Position numbers and translations under genes: made by a program. Below are positions 37,301-50,700 of a DNA stretch of 64,000 bases, in pieces. The notes beneath the pieces were generated by a model. The model ran no database searches. It was not told the DNA's origin and worked only from the letters and a program-made list of their open reading frames with translations. The stretch's first letter is position 1, and each line of letters starts with the position of its first letter. The stretch covers positions 42,658,001 through 42,722,000 of the forward strand of contig CM059432.1 in assembly GCA_030390025.1 (NCBI GenBank), in the 5' to 3' direction. Source of the stretch: Squalus acanthias. Taxonomy: Eukaryota.

Positions 37301-37579
37301 ACTGAGCACTTGGACAAGTATCAGCTGATCAAAAGAGTCAGCATGAATTTGTGAAGGGTAGGTCATGTCTGACTAATCTAGTTGAATTTTTGAGGAGGTC
37401 ACTAGCATGGTGGATAGGGGAGTGTCTAGGGATGTTGTCTATATGGACTTCTAGAAGGTATTTGATAAGGTTCCGCACAAGAGATTATTGGCAAAAATTA
37501 GAGCACATGGAATTGGAGGTAACCTTGTGACATGAGTCAGTAATTGGTTGGGAGGTAGGAGACCAAGAGTAGGGATAAA

Positions 37580-38341
37580 GGCCCAGAAATTCGCCTCTCC
37601 AGCTTGCCGCGGGGGTAAGGATCGCACGCGCTCTTACCTACCGCGCCTGCCGTTGTGTTTTGGGCCCACAGGAACTTCGGGTCCTGGGCCTCTCCCAACT
37701 GCCGGCACGCAATGCTTGCGTGTTCCAGGGGCGCAGTTAGTGCGATGCGTCCCCTGGGATCACGTGGGCCATGGAGAGCCAATGGCAGCAGACCATCTTT
37801 CATTCATAGATTTGACAGGAGACCTGTCAAATCTGTGAATTGAAATCGGCCCCAAAAGAACAGCTAAACTTAAAATAATTTTTTTTAAAAACATCACATT
37901 TATAAAATAACTATAGTTAAATAAATTAACTACTTTAAAGAAAAATTTAAATTTTTGAAAAAATGTTAATACTTTTTAAAAGTGATAAAAATAAACTTAC
38001 CTTTCTTTAAAGTATCTAAAAAAGATAAACCTGTTGAAAATTTTTTAAATGATACTTAATTAACTACTTACCTTGTTGAAAACGGGTCTTGTGCCTCCTT
38101 TTTAATAGCGTAGTTTCTTCAATACTTACCCTCGCGTAGAAACCTGAAAAAAAATCTAAGTGTGCTGCGTGCGCGCAGCCTCTACCGCGCACGCGGTTCA
38201 CCTAGGAACCGCCCCCTTCACCAGACCGGAAGTTCCGGTTTCCCGCGCATGCGCAGTGCATGCAGGAAACCGGCACTTCGGGACGTCTTACGGGTGAGTA
38301 CACACTGTGTACTCACGCGGGAAGGGCCAAATTTTTGGCCC
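37580..38341. mobile_element. Harbinger-type MITE, family M1
   Basis: TIRs ggcccagaaatt / aatttttggccc. 3-bp TSD AAA; removal restores the CR1 sequence gggataaagggtttc. Confidence 0.85.
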
Positions 38342-38940
38342 AAAGGGTTTCTTCTCTGGTTGGTGGGATGTGACACGTAATGTTTCCCAAGGATCTGTAC
38401 TAGCGCCTCAGTTTTTTACCGTTTATATTAATGACTTGATTGAAGAAATAGAGAGTTGTCTATCCAAGTTTGCAGATGACACTAAGTTAGGAGGTACAGT
38501 AAGTTGTGACGGATGGGAGCAGTAAGTTGTGTGAATGGGGGAAAGAAACTTACAAAGGGACGTAGACAGATTAAATGAGTGGGCAAAACTATAGCAGATG
38601 GAGTTCAAAGTAGAGAAGTGTGAAGTCATCCACTTTGGATCTAAGAAGGACAAATCAGAATATTTTCTTACGGTTAGAGACTAGGAGCTGTAAAGGAGTA
38701 AAGAAATGTAGGTGTTCACGTACACAAATCACTAAAAGCTTGTACAAAAAGTAATCAAAACACTAATTAAATTTTGGCCTTTATCTCAAGGGGTTTGGAA
38801 TTCAAAAGTGAGCGATTGTTGCTTGGTCAGACCCATTCTAGAGTACTGCATTCAGTTTTGGGCACTGAACCTCAGGAGAGATATATTGGCTTTAGAAGGT
38901 ATATAGATTCACCAGAATGCTACCAGCTCTTAAAGACTTA

Positions 38941-39833
38941 GGGGTAGAAATTAGGTCGCGCCCCATTTGGGGCGCAAATATCGTCTGGACGCAAATATTA
39001 GCGCCTGGCGCTAATTATCGGCACTGACGGGAAACTTCACTTTTAGCGCCCCGGGAGGTGAGTGGAGCGCTAAAGCAGGCGCTGCACACCTCTCTTAAGG
39101 CGCAAAGGCCGAGCAGTGAGGCGCTAACTCGGAGCGCTGGCGAAGCTCATGTAATGTCAGTCAGCAATGGAACACACACACAATGGCACGGGCCAGTTCT
39201 TAAAGGGGATGGTTAATCTTGCTTTCCATCCACATCCTGTTCATTGCTGCCTTGAATCTCGGCCTGGAGAGACTTGCACATCAAATGTGCTGGAAAGAAC
39301 AATGGAGAGCACCAGGTAAAGAGCTCAGAGTGCAGTTCCCACGGTCTCTGCTAAATCGATACAAGGAATGGCAAATCAAAATGAACCTGCAAAGTGCTGC
39401 TCAGTACCCAAAACTCCTTCACACAACGTTGAATCTCTCCAGAAGTCTCTCCCTCTCTCTCTCAGAATGCGTAGTTCAAAAATGCCACCAACAATAAAAG
39501 ACAGGAAGAGGCCCCCTTTAAATAGCGCCCCCCCCAGCCCCACAGCGATTGATAGCGTTCCAGTCTTCTGGTCGTTGGAAGCGCCAGGCGGTAAGGCAGG
39601 GGACGCCACTCAATTTCCGCTACGGGGCGCCCCAAGGGCGTTGCACCATGGAATGACGTCACAATCTGCGCGCGCAGGTGGTCGCAGCGGTAAGTTTTAG
39701 CGCCGCCGCACAATCTCAAGTTAAGTTCTCGAGCGGCGCAAACATCGCTGCGCCCGGGCGTTAGCGGCTTTGCGCCCCATTAGCGCCCTCTTAAGGCGCT
39801 AACGGGTGGCGCAACCAAGTGAATTTTTACCCC
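38941..39833. mobile_element. Harbinger-type non-autonomous element
   Basis: TIRs ggggtagaaatt / aatttttacccc, TSD TTA at 38938-38940 and 39834-39836, and many subterminal TTAGCGCC/GGCGCTAA motifs. Confidence 0.88.
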
Positions 39834-41429
39834 TTAACGTATAAGGATAGGTTGCATAAACTTGGCTTGTATTTCCTTGAGTTTAGAAGATTGAGGGGTC
39901 ATCTAATCGAGGTATTTAAAATGATAAAGGTATTCAATAGGATAGATACAGAGAAACTATTTTCTCTGATGGGTGAATCCAGAACAAGAGGACATAATCT
40001 AAAAATTAGAACTAGGCTATTTAGGGATGAAATCAGGAAGCACTTTTTCACATGGGTAATGGAAATTTGAAACGCGCTCCCCAAAAGGCTGTGGATGCTG
40101 GGTCAATTGAAATTCTCAAGACAGAGATTGATAGACTTTTGTTAGATAAGGGTATCAAATTATATGGAACAAAGGTGGGTAAGTAGAGTTGAGGTACAGA
40201 TCAGCCATGATCTAATTGAATGGTGGAACAGGCTTGAGTAGCTGAATGGCCTACTCCTGTTCCTATGTACACATATTGATAGAATAGGTATAACGGTTGG
40301 CACTCTGTTACTAGACAGTAATTAAATTCAGGGGTTGAGATGAGAGTTTTGCTCCAACAGTTTACAAATGTCAAGTGAACTGCAAGATTAAATTACTGCG
40401 TTAAACTCACTACCAGCTATTTGTTATTCTCTATATTATGTACAATCCAACATCTGCCTTAAAATAACAATCCATTTTCTTTTTTTCTTAACCTTTATCC
40501 CATGTGCACACTGACTATTAGAAGCAGTGTGGCGTAGAGAAAAGAATAATTAAGATGTCCATAACACGGGGCAAGGGATACATGGTATCATCTGAGTTAG
40601 GTAGACGGCTTACTAAATTATGCAACACATGCATGGTTTATATCAATAACTTGCACTTGGTTGTTTATGCTATCACTGAACCATTGGTAGAACATTTTTT
40701 TGTCACAAACCATCAGAACTAGAGTAAGTGGCAAACCTCTGGCTCTTAATGTTGGTCCTGTTTATTTTAAAATACTAGCTCATTTCACGTGGCGTTGCAT
40801 ATAGGAGTCGAGACTAAATGTAGTCTACATGTGAAGTGGGTTAGAGGGCAGGGGCAATTGGACCAGGGCCCACAGATGTCATTCTTTTCCCATTTAAGGT
40901 CATATATTCTGTCCTTAATTTTATGTAATTGATTTGATATTATTTATAGTTAAATAGCAAAATTCAGAGCAAATTGGGAAGCAGAGTTGGTTGGAGCAGA
41001 GGAGTTTCTCTGCAGTCCAGGTTGAGACGCTAGTCGATATAATACTGAGGTGTTACAGTGCCATTGTTGTACTAATAGGGCTATTTGAGTTTTGTGTGGA
41101 AAAAGATTACGAAAATTATATTTTTTTGAGAAAGAAATTCAAACGTGTTGTATAAATAGATTGTAGAGTAAATTCTGGAAGGAAGGCTCTAAGCACAGAG
41201 CCTCACTCAGCAGAAAAGTAATTGGAGAATCGGGAGAGGAGCTCCGCATACCCAATTCTTGGTGTTTGATATTCCTGTGATTACTACCCGAAAAACTGGT
41301 AAGACTGCAAGTTGAGCACACTGACCGCCAGACCTGATTTTTCGATCTGTGTTCGGTGTCTCGTTTCCTCTTGTGAAGCATTTTAGGATGTTTTGTTACA
41401 TTACTGTTTTATTTTCCCTGCCGACTTGC

Positions 41430-41805
41430 TCCTTTCCTTCCTTCTCTGCTGACTCAGAACTGGTCATCCGCCAGTATCTCACCCAAGTAGCAATTTTGCA
41501 CGTGTGAGCCTTGATGGTGAATGTCGGCATGCTGTTCGACTACAGCGAGCATCATAGCTGAGTCTGATCCTTTTCTTGTCTGACGCCTTGCATGTGTGCT
41601 TTCAACTGGATAGCAAGCAGCAGTGTGAACTCTGCCAATGATCTCCCCCCCACCCCCTTTCCAAGAGTACTGAGTCTAGTTGCAGTGCCCCTTCCGCTGT
41701 CACAACTAAAGGCCAACTAATAGCACAAACTGGGGATTAAATCTGGCACTCTCTTGGTGTGGCTCAGCAACTCACTGGACAAACTCGCTCAGCCATCTGA
41801 GGAAC
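41430..41805 (-). mobile_element. Old SINE-like repeat; related relics at ~4330-4495 and ~24590-24845
   Basis: Shared degenerate blocks (ccaagtag..gtgag..gagcatcatagc.gag..atcc; ggatagcaa.cagga) and a tRNA-head-like end near 41720-41800. Confidence 0.45.
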
Positions 41806-42964
41806 TGGAAATAAAATTTCTAAAGCGTCATTGCAAAGATCAAAAGATTGTTCATGTTCAGTGATTATTTTGTGCAGTATTATATGATCTATTCTAGAAT
41901 ATATTTGCAAGATTAAAGCTTTGAATTTTTCCGTAATCAAAGGCAATTAAGTATTTGCAGTTAAAAATTTAAACAAAAGTAGAACTAAACACAGCTGAGA
42001 GTCCATTTGCAGGTGAAAGGATACTCCTTTGATGCTGTACCAGCTGTGTGTTTGTTGAAAGAACAGTTTACTGAGCTTCTGTGCAACCGTCCACTGACAG
42101 TATAATGTAGTCATAAGCAGCTTATGTAGTATTCAGAAATAGCAGTGCATTAATTTTTCAAGCACAAAATGCATATGAGGCATAGTACTGCTGCAGGATG
42201 ATAATGAAGCTAGAATTTTAAAATCTGCAGGGAATAAAGCTCTGAGCCACTGAGATACAAGTGTTCATCAAATAATTTAGAGACATTCACATGTTAATGA
42301 ACCTGGTCAACAGTATCAATGAACGGTTAGGATTTCTAGTTTTACCTTTAGCAATTTTTGTCTGTGTCAAATTTACACTTTTCGCACTTTCATTTTTGTA
42401 TCATTTAAAAAAAAAAGTAAAGTTGGAGCAAATTCAGATAAAAGTGGAAATCTTGAGCATCAGTCTCATACAGTTATAGCCTGGGGGAATGAGTATTAAA
42501 ACAAAGAGGGCTGTAGACCAGAGAGCAGAGGAATGGGAGCTTGAATTCTGTTTCTGAGCTGGGTACTTGACCCTTATTCTGCTGAAATAACTATCATTCT
42601 ACTGATCCTTTATACCTGGATTAAACTGTGATGGTAAGAATGCATCAGTAATCAAGTCCCATAGGTAGCATTTGGATTTTTCTTTGGTGTTATTAAAGAA
42701 ACACCAATTTCAATTTTTTTTAGTTCAGATTTGAAAGGAATGTTACTGGTTTAGCCTGACAACCAGGAACCTTACAAATGGTAAAATGTGGTACTGCTAA
42801 TAAGTCTTACTGATGGATAACAACATAGGTAGCACCATGTAAACTTGTGCAGGGCAACTAGTGGACATTAAATGGAGCTGTGTCTGTATTGCCTATATAC
42901 ATATATATTACATATTACATATAATAATATAAGTAGACTCTAAATAGAATGGAGGGTCAGCTGA

Positions 42965-45900
42965 GACCCGCAACGGGACCAACATCCTTGCGGGGAGGTT
43001 TGCTAGTGCTGTTGGGGGGGGTTTAAACTAACTTGGCAGGGGGATGGGATACAGAGTGGAGCTATAGTAGGGGGTGATGCACAGCCAAATATAGAGGAAA
43101 AAACAAGTCAGCCTGAAAGGCAGTGCAAATATGTAACGGCACAAGGGAGTATGGCAAGGCTGGATGGCATTTATTTTAATGCAAGGCGTCTTGCGAGTAA
43201 GGCTGATGAATTGAAGGTGTTGATGAACACATGAGAGTATGATATTGTTCCTATCACAGACTTGGTTGAGGGAGAGGCAGGACTGGCAGCTCAATATTCT
43301 GGGGTATAGAATCTTCAGGCGAGACAGAGGGGGGTGTAAAAGAGGAGAGGGTGTCGCAATATTAATCAAGGAGTCAATTACTTCTGTAAGGAGGGATGAT
43401 ATCTTAGTAGGTTCCTCTAATGAGGCCATATGGGTAGAACTTAAAAACAAAAAGGGGGCAAGCACTTTGCTGGGAGTGTACTATAGGCCCCCAAACAGTC
43501 AGGGGAAGATAGAGGAACAGATATGTAGGCAAATCTCAGAGAAGTGTAGAAATAATAGGATAATAATAGTAGGGGATTTCAACTTCTCCAATATATAGGA
43601 TATATATGGGATAGTCAGAGTGTGAAAGGCTTAGAGGGTGCGGAATTCTTAAAGTGCATCCAGGAGAGATTTTTGAGCCAGCATGTAGAAAGTCCTACAA
43701 GAGAGGGGGCGGTACTGGACCTAATTCTAGGGAATGTAGCCAGGCAAGTGGTAGAAGTGTCAGTAGGAGAGCATTTTGGTGACAGTGACCATAATTTGGT
43801 GAGATTTAAGGTAGTCATGGAAAAGGACAAAGATGGACCGGAAATAAAGGTTCTAAATTGGGGGAAGGCCGATTTTAATATGATAAGGCAGGATCTGGCC
43901 AAAGTGGACTGGGATCAGCTACTTGTAGTAAAATCCACATCAGAGCAGTGGGAGTCTTTCAGAAAGGAAATAGAGAGAGTACAATGCCAACATGTTCCCG
44001 TAAAGGTCAAGGGTGGGACCAACAAGCCCAGGGAACCCTGGATGTCGAGGGATATACAAGAATGGATTAGAAAAAAAAGGGAGGCTTTTGGCAGATACAA
44101 AGGACTAAAAACAGTGGCAGCCCTAGAGGAGTATAGAAAGTGCACTTAAAAAAAGAAATTAGGAGAGCGAAGAGGGGGCATGAATAAACACTGGCGGGCA
44201 AAATAAAGGAAAATCCCAAGGTGTTTTATAAGTATATTAAGGGCAAGAGGATAACCAGGGAAAGAGTAGGGCCCATTAGGAACCAAAGTGGCAATCTGTG
44301 TGTAGAGCCGGAAGATGTGGGTGAGGTTTTAAATGAATATTTTGCATCTGTGTTCATTATGGAGAAGGACGATGTAGGCATAGAAATCAGGCAGGGGGAT
44401 TGTGATATACTTGAACAAATTAGTATTGAGAGGGAGGAGGTACTAGCGGTTTTAGCGAGCTTAAAAGTGGATAAATCCCCAGGCCCAGACGAGATGTATC
44501 CCAGGCTGCTGTGTGAGGCAAGGGAGGAGATTGCAGGGGCTCTGACACAAATTTTCAGTTCCTCTCTGGCCACAGGGGAGGTGCCAGAGGACTGGAGGAC
44601 AGCTAACGTAGTACCATGATTCAAGAAGGGTAGTAGGGATAAACCAGGGAATTACAGGCCAGTAGCCTAACATCAGTGGTAGGGAAATTATTGGAAAAAA
44701 TTCTGAGGGACAGAATTAGTCTCTACTTGGAGAGGCAAGGATTAATCAAGTATAGTCAGCATGGCTTTGTCAGGGGGATATCATGTCTAACCAATTTGAT
44801 CGAATTTTTCGAGGGGGTGACCAGGTGTGTGGATGAGGGTAGTGCAGTTGATGTAGTCTACATGGACTTCAGTAAGGCTTTTGACAAAGTCCCGCATGGG
44901 AGACTGGTCAAGAAGGTAAGAGCCCATGGGATCCAGGGCAATTTGGCACATTGGATCCAAAATTGGCTTAGTGGCAGGAGGCAGAGGGTGATGGTCGAAG
45001 GTTGTTTTTGTGACTGGAAGCCTGTGTCCAGTGGTGTACCGCAAGGATCAGTGCTGAGTCCTTTGCTGTCTGTAGTGTACATTAATGATTTAGATATGAA
45101 TGTAGGAGGTATGATCAGTAAGTTCGCAGATGACACGAAAATTGGTGGAGTGGTAAATAGCGAGGAGGGAAGCCTCAGGCTACAGGACGATATAGATGGC
45201 TGGGCAGAACAGTGGCAAATGGAATTTAACCCTGAAAAGTGTGAGTTGATGCATTTTGGGAGGACTAACATGGCAAGGGAATACGCAATGAATGGTAGGA
45301 CCCTAGGAAGGACAGAGGATCAGAGGGACCTTGGTGTGCATGTACATAGATCCCTGAAGGCAGCAGGACAGGTAGATAAGGTGGTTAAAAAGGCATATGG
45401 GATACTTGCCTTCATTAGCCGAGGCATAGAATCTAAGAGCAGGGAGGTTATGATGGAGCTGTACAAAACACTAGTTAGGCCACAGTTGGAATACTGTGTG
45501 CAGTTCTGGTCGCCACACTATAGGAAGGATGTGATTGCATTGGAGAGGGTGCAGAGGAGATTCACCAGGATGTTACCTGGGCTGCAGAGGAGATTCACCA
45601 GGATGTTACGTGGGCTGGAGTGTTTCAGCTATGAAGAGAGACTGGACAGGCTGGGGTTGTTTTCCTTAGAGCAGAGAAGGCTGAGGGGGGGGGTTGATTG
45701 ACATGTACAAAATTATGAGGGGCATAGATAGGGTCGATAGAAAGGAACTTTTTCCCTTGGTAGAGGGGTCAATAACCAGGCGGCATTGTTTCAAGGTAAG
45801 GGGCAGGAGGTTTAGAGGGGATTTGAGGGAAAACTTTTTTCACCCAGAGGGTGGTTGGAATCTGGAACTCACTGCCTGAAAGGGTGGTAGAGGCAGGAAC

Positions 45901-46066
45901 CCTCACAACATTCAAGAAGCATTTAGATGAGCACTTGAAATACCATAGCATACAAGGCTACGGACCAAGTGCTGGAAAATGGGATTAGAATAGATAGGGC
46001 TTGATGGCTGGCGTGGACACGATGGGCCGAAGGGCCTCTTTCTGTGCTGTATAACTCTATGACTCT
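42965..46066 (+). mobile_element. CR1 family A LINE: end of ORF1, complete but disabled ORF2 and 3' UTR
   Basis: EN (YYRPPNS, VGDFN, SDHN), RT (QHGF, PQGS, KFADD) and tail ctatgactct; several stops and frameshifts. Confidence 0.93.
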
Positions 46067-46397
46067 CTGAGACCCATTGCCTGCAATTTCTGCGCCATGT
46101 GGGAATTCCAGGACGCTTCCAGCTGCTCAAGCTCAGGGTAGGAAGAGACAGGGAGTGCAGGAATTCTTCAGGAGTGTGGCACTCTCAAACTAGTTTTCAG
46201 TATTGAATACTAGTGAGGGTGACGACACCTCGAAGGAGAGCATGGCACCGTGGGGCAAAGAATTGCACAGGGGGGCACAGCAAAGTTTAGGAATGCAGGG
46301 GATTCAAAAGTCGGGGGGAAGTACCCAACTTAGAAACAATTCAAGTTTCCATTTCTCTGCTCGTTGGTCTGCAGCCCTCTTTGTTTTAATACTCATT

Positions 46398-47749
46398 CTG
46401 GAGGTGCTGTCGAAGAAGCCTTGGGGAGTTGCTGCAGTGCATCTTGTAGATGGTACACACTGCAGCCACGGTACGCCGGTGTGGAGGGAGTTAATGTTTA
46501 AGGTGGTGGATGGGGTGCCAATCAAGCAGGCTGCTTTGTCTTGGATGGTGTCGAGCTTCTTGAGTGTTGTTGGAGCTGCACTCATCCGGGCAAGTGGAGA
46601 GTATTCCATCACACTCCTTACTTGTGTCTTGTAGATAGTAGAAGGCTTTGGGGAGTCAGGAGGTGAGACACTTGCCACAGAATACCTAGCCTCTGACCTG
46701 CTCTTGTTGTCACAGTATTTATGTGGCTGGTCCAGTTAAGTTTCTGGTCAATGGTGACTTCCAGGATATTCATGGTGGGGAACTCGGTCATTGTAAATGC
46801 TGTTGAATGTAAAGGAGTGGTGGTTAGACTCTCTCTTGTTGGCGATAGTCATTGTCTGGCACTTGTGTGGCACGAATGTTACTTGTCACTTATCAGCCAA
46901 AGCCTGAATGTGGTCCAGGTCTTGCTACATGTGGGCATGAACTGTTTCATTATCTGAGGAGTTGCAAATGGCACTGAACACTGTGCAGTCATCAGCGAAC
47001 ATCCCCATTTCTGGCCTTATGATGGAGGGAAGGTCATTGATGAAGTAGCGGAAGATGCTTGAGCCGAGGATACTGGGCCGTGTAGCCTATCCTGCTCATA
47101 TTTCGTGTGTCCAATTCTGTTAGGTTCAGGAGATGGTTCTGTGATAGTAGATTGGCGGTTAGGATCAGATCAGCCATGATCTTATTGAATGGCGGAGCAG
47201 GCTCGAGGTGCCAATTGGCCTACTCCTGCTCCTATTTCTTATGTTCTTATGTATGCCCTGAAGAACTCCTGCATCGATGTCCTGGGGCTGAGATGATTGG
47301 CTTCCAACAACCACAACCATCTTCCTTTGTGCTAGGTATGACTCCAGCCAGTGGAGAGTTTCTCCCTGATTCCCATTGACTTCAATTTTACTAGGGCTCC
47401 TTGATGCCACACTTGGTCAAATACTGCCTTGATGTCAAGGGCAGTCACTCTCACCTCACCTCTGGAATTCAGCTCTTTTTGTTCATGTTTGGACCAAGGC
47501 TGTAATGAGATCTGGAGCCGAGTGGTCCTTGTGGAACCCAAACTGAGCATTGGTGAGCAGGTTATTTGTGAGTAAGTGCCGCTTGATAGCACTGAAGATG
47601 ACACCTTCCATCACTTTGCTGCTGATTGAGAGTAGACTGATGGGCTGGTAATTGGCCAGATTGGATTTGTCCTGCTTTTTGTGGACAGGACATGCCTGGG
47701 CAGTTTTCCACATTGTCGGGTAGATGCCAGAGTTGTAGCTGTACTGGAA
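46398..47749 (-). mobile_element. Family B LINE RT fragment with a short CR1 3'-UTR insertion at 47076-47255
   Basis: Matches the other family B copies; the host sequence gatactg|ccctgaagaactcc rejoins across the insertion. Confidence 0.88.
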
Positions 47750-50700
47750 CAGGAACAGCCAGAAGTCATGGTCAATGTGGGAACCAATGGCATAGGTAGG
47801 AAAAGGGTTGATGTTCTGCAGTCAGAGTTTCAGGATCTAGGGAGGAAGTTAAAAAGCAGGACCTCAAAAATAGTAATCTCTGGATTACTTCCAGTGCCAC
47901 GTGCTAGTAAGTATAGGAATACTAGGATAAAACAGGTTAATGGGTTGTTGGAGACGTGGTGTGGGAAGGAGGACTTCAGATTCCTGGAGCATTGGGACCA
48001 GATCTGGGGCAGGAGGGACCTGCTCAAGATGGACAAGTTGCACCTCAACAGAGCTGGGACTAATGTCCTCACAGGGAGGTTAACTAGTGCTGTGGGGGAG
48101 GGTATAATCTAATTTGACAGGGGGATGGGCATCAGGATGAAACATTTGAGAGGAGAAACAAGGTACGCAGAGGACTGGCAGACACGAATAGCACTGGAGT
48201 AAAGAATAGTTCAGAAATAGGTGGGATCAAAAAGTGGGCAAATATGAGGCAGTGTAAGATGGTTTTGGAGTTCATATGCGTAAATGCACGTAGCCTGGTA
48301 AACAAGGTTGGTGAGCTGCAGGCACAAGTCATGACATGGGACTACGATATAGTGGCAATAACAGAGACCTGGCTCAAAGAAGGGGAGGATTGGGAACTTA
48401 ATATTCCTGACTACAAGATATTCAGGAAAGGTAGGGGAGGAAAAAGAGGAAGGGTAGCAGTATTGATCAAAGAAACTATTATAGCACTGAAAAGGGATGA
48501 TGTAGTTGAGGAGTCAAAGACAGAATCTATTTGCTTAGAATTAAGGCACAATAGAGGAGCTATTGCTTTACTAGGTGTATACGATAGGCCACCAAATAGT
48601 GGGAAGGAGATAGAGGAGCAAATTACAGAAAGATGCAAGTACTACAGAGTAGTGATAGTAGGGGACTTCAATTATCCTAATATAGACTAGGGTAGCAACA
48701 GGGTAAAGAGGGGGACGAATTCCTGAAATGTGTACAAAAGAACTTTCTTGATCAATGTGTTTCCAGCCCAACAAGGAAGGAAGCAGGGTTGGATCTAGTT
48801 CTGGGGAATGAAGTGGGGCAAGTGTAGCATGTTTTAGTCGGGTAGTATTTGGGGAACAGTGATCATAATATCATCAGGTTTAGAATAGTTATGGAAAAGG
48901 AACAATCAAGTGTAAAAATACATAACTGGAGGAGAGCTAATTTCAATTTAAAAAGGGATCTCGCCCAGGTGGATTGGAATCAAAATTTGGTAGGCAAAAC
49001 AGTAATGAAACAATGGGAGGCCTTCAAAGAGGAGATGGTTTGAGTAGACACATTCTCACGAAGGGGGAAAGGAAGTATAACCAAAGCTAGAGTTCCTTGG
49101 ATGACTAAAGATATAGAGATTAAAATGAAACAGAAAAAGGAGGCTTATGACCAATGTACGGTTGATAATACAGTAGAGAACCAAAATGAATACAGAAAGT
49201 ACAGAGGAGATTTAAAAAAGGGAGTAAGATGGGAAAAGAGGGAGTATGAGAATAGATTAGCGGCGAACATAAAAGGGAACCCAAAAGTCTTTTATAAACA
49301 TAAATAATAAAAGGGTAGTCAAAGGAAGGGAGGGGTCAATTAGGAACCACAAAGGAGATCTTACGGATGCAGAAGGCATGGCTGAGGTACTAATTGAGTT
49401 CTTTGCATCTGTCTTCACTAGAGAAGAGGATGCTGCCAACATAGCAGTAAAGTAGGAGGCAGGAGCGATATTGGATAGGATAAAAATAGGTAAAGAGGAG
49501 GTACTTAAAAGCTTGGCAATACTCAAAGTAGAAAAGTTATCCGGTCCGGTTGGGATGCATCCTAGGTTACTGAGGGATGTAAGGGTGGAAATTATGGAGG
49601 CTCTGGCCACAATCTTCCAATCCTCCTTAGATAGTGGGGTGGTGCCAGAGGACTGGAGGATTGCAAATGTTACACCCCTGTTAAAAGGGAAGAAGGATAA
49701 ACTTGGCAACTACAGGCCAGTCCGTGGTGGGGAAACTTTTGGAAACATTAATGCGGGACAAAATGAATTGGCATTTGGAAAAGTTTGGGCTAATAACTGA
49801 AAGTCAGCACGAATTTGTTAAAGGAAAATCGTGTTTGACTAACCTGATTGAGTTCTTTGATGAAGTAATGGAGAGAGTTGATGAGGGTAGTGCGATTGAT
49901 GTTGCGCATATGGACTTTCAAAAGGCATTTGACAAAGTACCACATAATAGACTTGTAAGCAAAATTAAAGCCCTTGGGATTAAAGGGACCGTGGCAGCGT
50001 AGATACAAAATTATCTAAGGGACAGAAAGCAGAGAGTAGCGGTGAACAGGCGCTTTTCAGACTGGAGGGAAGTATACAGTAGTGTTCCCCAGGGGTCAGT
50101 ATTAGGACCACTGCTCTTTTTGATCTATATTAATGACCTGGACTTGAGTACACTGGCCATAATTTCAAAGTTTACATATGACGCAAAACTCAGAAATGTA
50201 GTAAACAATGAGAATAGTAACAGACTTCAGGTGGACATAGACAGACTGGAGAAATGGACAGATACAAGGCAGATGAAATTTAATGCATGGAAGTGGGAAG
50301 TGATACATTTTAGTAGGAAGAATGAGGAGAGGCAATATAAACTAAACGGCACCATTTTTAAATGGGTGCAGGAACAGAGAGACCTGTTTTTTTTTATTCA
50401 TTCATGGGATGTGGGCGTCACTGGCAAGGCCAGCATTTATTGCTCATCCCTTGTTGCCCTTGAGAAGGTGGTGGTGAGCCGCCGCCTTGAACCACTGCAG
50501 TCTGTGTGGTGAGGGTACTCCCACAGTGCTGTAAGGTAGGGAGTTCCAGAATTTTGACCCAGTGACGATAAAAGAATGGTGATATACCTCCAAGTCAGGA
50601 TGGTGTGTGACTTGGAGGGTAACTTGGAGGTGGTGGTGTTCCCATGCGCCTGCTGTCCTTGTCCTTCTAGGTGGTAGAGGTCGCAGGTTTGGGAGGTGCT

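Larger units (their letters stand above)
37240..40268 (+). mobile_element. CR1 family A RT and 3' end, interrupted by two MITEs
   Basis: RT motifs at 37320-37579 and 38342-38940, C-terminus and UTR at 39834-40268; the reading continues across both insertions. Confidence 0.85.

Noticed and set aside
45550..45615. 33-bp in-frame tandem duplication (QRRFTRMLPGL x2) in CR1 ORF2
   Set aside because: Local slippage in an already dead copy; absent from the other CR1 copies.
47681..48112. Stand-alone SGNH esterase gene
   Set aside because: It is the esterase domain of CR1 ORF1; its apparent N-terminus is antisense family B sequence.
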